NCBI GenBank assembly: GCA_031409335.1
Contig: JANNWY010000070.1
Location: 1 to 28,249, forward strand
Reading direction: 5' to 3'
Length of the DNA: 28,249 nt
Source of the DNA: Chthoniobacteraceae bacterium
GTDB lineage: Bacteria > Verrucomicrobiota > Verrucomicrobiia > Chthoniobacterales > Chthoniobacteraceae
Shown in pieces: positions 24,723 through 28,249 of the stretch. Every line of letters begins with the position of its first letter. Position 1 is the stretch's first letter. A model generated the notes under the pieces. The model had not been told where the DNA came from and did not search any database. It worked only from the letters and a program-made list of their open reading frames with translations. The translations under genes were made by a program, and so were the position numbers.

Positions 24723-27700
24723 CTATGGTTGGGTAACCACCAGTCGCCCGAAGCGACCGACCGCAACGGGCTGGCTGTCGGTGACTTTGACCCTCTCCCA
24801 AGTTTCGTCAATCGCAATCGCCGCCCCGGCACCCCCATCGGACCACGACCCGGCGGCGCTGAGGCTGCTCGTGAATTCGATGCGATAGGTGATCCCCGGC
24901 TGGCCAACAGCTCGGCGGCGCACATACTCCGCCGTGAGCTTCTGCTGGCCGCTGATGTTTTCCGAGCGGATCAGCGGCAGGCCGCGGGTGCCCGTCACTG
25001 CGGTCATCGTGACGCGATCTCCTAGTTTCGGATCAAGGTTGAGCGAAAACTCCAGCAGCGTATTCACCCCATCGCCGTCAAAGTCTGCGAGTGGGCCGGA
25101 GATGAGCGGGTTGCCGAGTTCGGCGGCGGTAAAGCGCCGCGTCCGCCAGGCATTCAGGTTGTCGCCCAGCACATCGAAAGACCGAATCTTGTTGGCTGCG
25201 GCGCTATAGTTAGTATTGCCCGCTTGTAACGCTCGCACTGTTACCGTGCCGAGTCCGGTGGGTGTGAGGGTGTTGCCGGTCAATGTGGCCGGGCCGGAGA
25301 GAAGTTGAAAGGTCACGGGTAGGTCAGAACTAGCCGATGCGTCGAGGACGAAGCTGCCATCATCAAGGATGCGATTCGGCGGCTGTGGGAAGGTGATCGC
25401 CTGCGCCGTGGGACTCACCGTCAGCGTCGCGAAGTTGCTGAGGATTGTCCCTTCCGGCCATGTCACCGCGACGGCGTATTCGCCTCGCGCGGTGTTGTCC
25501 GCATTGGCCCGGGTGTAGGAACTCGAGGTGGCTCCGGGGATCAATACCGTGGCGCCCACGGTGGGCCTGAAGCGCCATTGGTAGCTCGTGGGCGTGCCCG
25601 ATACGACGACGCTGAAAGTCGCATCTTCAAACGCGAACACCGTGCGGCTCACCGGATGGGTGGTGACGCCGTTGTAGGGTACGTTGATGGTGGAAAGCAC
25701 TCCAGCGGTCAGCGTTCGGGAGGTCGTGGCGGGGGTGATAAAACCGGGGGCCGCCATGAGCACGAGATTGTAAGCTGCCGGTGTCATCGAGGTGAGCTGT
25801 GCGCCGCTGTTGTAGGGTGTTCCATTACTTCCGAGCTTCCACTTGGCACCTCCATTGACCGCACCCGCCGGAGTGATATTTACCGTGAGCGAGGCGAGGG
25901 AAAAGGCACCGTTGGCAGCCGGCGTGTTGACTTGGATGATGCCGCCGCCGGTGTTGTTGGGGCCGTCATAGCCGCTGACTTCGGCGCGGCGAAATAGGTC
26001 GATCACCTGGCTGTCGATGGCCCGCACCACGGCCTGGCCCGCGCCGCCGAGGAAGATGCCCGCCGGGTAGTAGGCGCCTCCTTCAAACTGGACACAGAGC
26101 GGTCCGCCGGAGTTCCCGCCGCTGGAGCGGATCCCGCTCGTCGCGTAGAGCCGGAAGGGCGAGCCGGCGGGGTAGGGCGAGGCGGGCGCGGGTGGCGGCA
26201 AAACGGTCGTCGTGCCCGGCACGCGCGCGAAAGGCACGTTCGCGGGCGGGGTGGCGTGCATCCGGCCCTGTTTGGCCGCGTCGATGCCATCCACCGGATA
26301 ACCCACGAGCGTCTTGAGCGCGGGCGAGGTTAGGAACTCGTTATCCGTCGCATCACTCGCGAGATACCCACCGAAGCCGCCGCGCGCGGCATCCTCGGTG
26401 AAATAGATCGCCGCCGCGTCGAGGTGCTGCGACTGCGCCGACGAAACGCCGGGCGTCGCCTCCGCGGTGCGCCGCGCCGCATACCCGTCGAAGATATAGG
26501 CCCCGCGCGGGATGAGCGGCTTCGGCTCGAAGGTGCCGCGATCGCGTTGGAAGAGCCATTGCAGCCCCACCGCATAGGCCCGCGCGCCGTCGTCGAAGAC
26601 CACATGCCCCGCCGTCGCGACCACGCGCGCCCCGCCCGTCCGGGCCAGATCCACCCGCACCGCAAAGCCCGTCGCCACGCCCACATTGCTGCGGAGCTGG
26701 CCCACGTAGGCGTAGGGCAGTCCCGTGCTCGTCGCGACCGTCTCAAACGGCAGCACGCCAGGCGGAGTCCCGGTCTGGGCCTCGGCCAGGAAATACGTCG
26801 CCGTCGCCGCCGCCGCCGTCTGCACCTGCACATTGAGCGGTGGCGGCGTGGTGTAACCGGCCACCGGCTTGCATTCCACGAGGTAATTGGCCGGCACCAA
26901 GTTCGCGGCCAGCGCTCCGCTATTGCGCCAGGTATCCGACATCGCATCTCCCGGCGCCGTCGGATCACCTTCCCCCAGAAAACGCCACTGCGCCCGCCCC
27001 GGCTGCGCCACCCCGACCGCGGCCAGCGCGTCCGGCTTCAAAGTCACCGTCAACGCTCCCGACCCGATCGCATCGCTTTCAAAATATTCGCGATTCAAAA
27101 TCACCGTGGCCCCACCACTGACCACACTCACCGTCTCCGCCCCCGGCTGGATGTAGCCTGGCGTCGGGCGAAACTCGACGGTGCGATCCCCCGTCGCCAA
27201 TCCACCCGCAGCCGCGCCCGAGGTCCGCCAAACCTGCTCCCCCACAAAGCGCCAGCCCGACGCAATTCCCGCCGGCGTGAGCGTGACCACGACGAGCCCT
27301 TGCGCCGCAGGCGGCGCTCCGGGAAAGAGCTGCGAGAACTGCGAAAGCGCATTCACCGTCAAGACCGCTGGCGCGCTGGTCACCACGCCGCCGATATTGG
27401 AGACCACCACGTCATAGGTGCCTTCAAATGCGGCGAATGGGCTAAAGAACGGCACTTGGATCGCATAGCTCGACGAGCTCGCTCCGGCGATCTCAAAGCC
27501 ATTTCTTCGCCACTGGTAGCGCAAGGGAGCGTAGCCGGTGGCCACCACGCTGAAAGTTACTTGCGCGCCCGGCAGCACGGTCCGCGAGACCGGCTGCACG
27601 GTGATATTCGGCAGTTCTCCGAGCAGGAAGGCATACGCACTGCCGTGACGGGCCCCTGCCGTAGCATCAAAAGGAGCTCCCACCAGTGCGGTGTTCCCGC

Positions 27701-28249
27701 TCAAGGCCACCGAGTAGCCGAACTGGTCGTCTTCCGAGCTATCCAATCCGGCGGTCAGCTTGGCTTGCTGGCTCCACAGCGTCCCGCTGCGCACAAACAC
27801 ATACGCACTTCCGGCTGTGAGGCCGGTGCCCGGGTTGGAAAAGCGAGCGCCCGCCAGCGCGGTATCCCCGCTCAAGGCCACCGACCAGCCAAAGAAGTTG
27901 GCGGCCGAACCATCGCTGGCGGTCAGCTTGGCTTGCTGGGTCCACAGCGTCCCGCTGCGCACAAACACATACGCACTTCCGGCATAGATTCCGGCCGGCG
28001 TGGAATCCAAAAAAGACCCCAGCAGCGCGGTATCCCCGCTCAAGGCCACCGAGTAGCCGAAACGGTCTTAGGCCGCGCGATCGCTGGAGGACAGCTTGTC
28101 TTGGAGGAACAGCAGAGTACAGCTGAGCACAAACACAAAAGCACTTCCGGGGTCGGTTCCGGCAGGCGGGTCGTCGAATGGAGCGCCCACCAGCGCGGTC
28201 TCCCCGCTCAAAGCCACCGAAAGGCCGAAATTGTCGCGGACCGCGCCAT
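24723..28249 (-). CDS. Paralog D (5'-partial): FG-GAP repeats, Ig-like domain, shared protease core and C-terminal domain; in-frame TAA at 28068-28070
   Basis: Repeats FGYSVALSGDTALVGAPFD...GSAYVFVRSGTLWTQQAKLTASDG; Ig motif ITVQPVS...YQWRRNG...YDVVVSN; TAGH (26604-26606) and GNSGGP. The same frame continues upstream of the TAA to the window end with another FG-GAP repeat. Confidence 0.88.

Overview
GC-rich bacterial DNA; the gene families suggest Verrucomicrobiota (Chthoniobacter-like), which is an inference. Four paralogous giant secreted proteins lie on the minus strand: A (1-4556, runs off the left edge), B (13091-18823), C (18846-24641) and D (24723 to the right edge). A, B and C have a signal peptide, 13-14 Gloeo_Verruco (GloVer) repeats and FN3-like domains; D has FG-GAP repeats instead. 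All share a core of PEGA/Ig-like domains and a trypsin/V8-like serine protease domain; B, C and D end in a conserved C-terminal domain. A is frameshifted by a 23-bp tandem duplication, B has Gln in place of the catalytic His, and D has an in-frame stop in a degenerate segment near the window edge. On the plus strand, a FecR-TPR-beta-barrel gene and a CHASE2 class III cyclase gene (NsrA/CyaK-like layout) sit inside the cluster. The most unusual part is 4.6-7.1 kb: small cargo genes (VapBC-type pair, RelE pair, an 82-aa hypothetical) alternate with four decayed copies of a GloVer gene 5' end and with REP-like palindromes. In all three cargo units the GloVer fragment's frame ends in an ATGA overlap with the cargo start codon.
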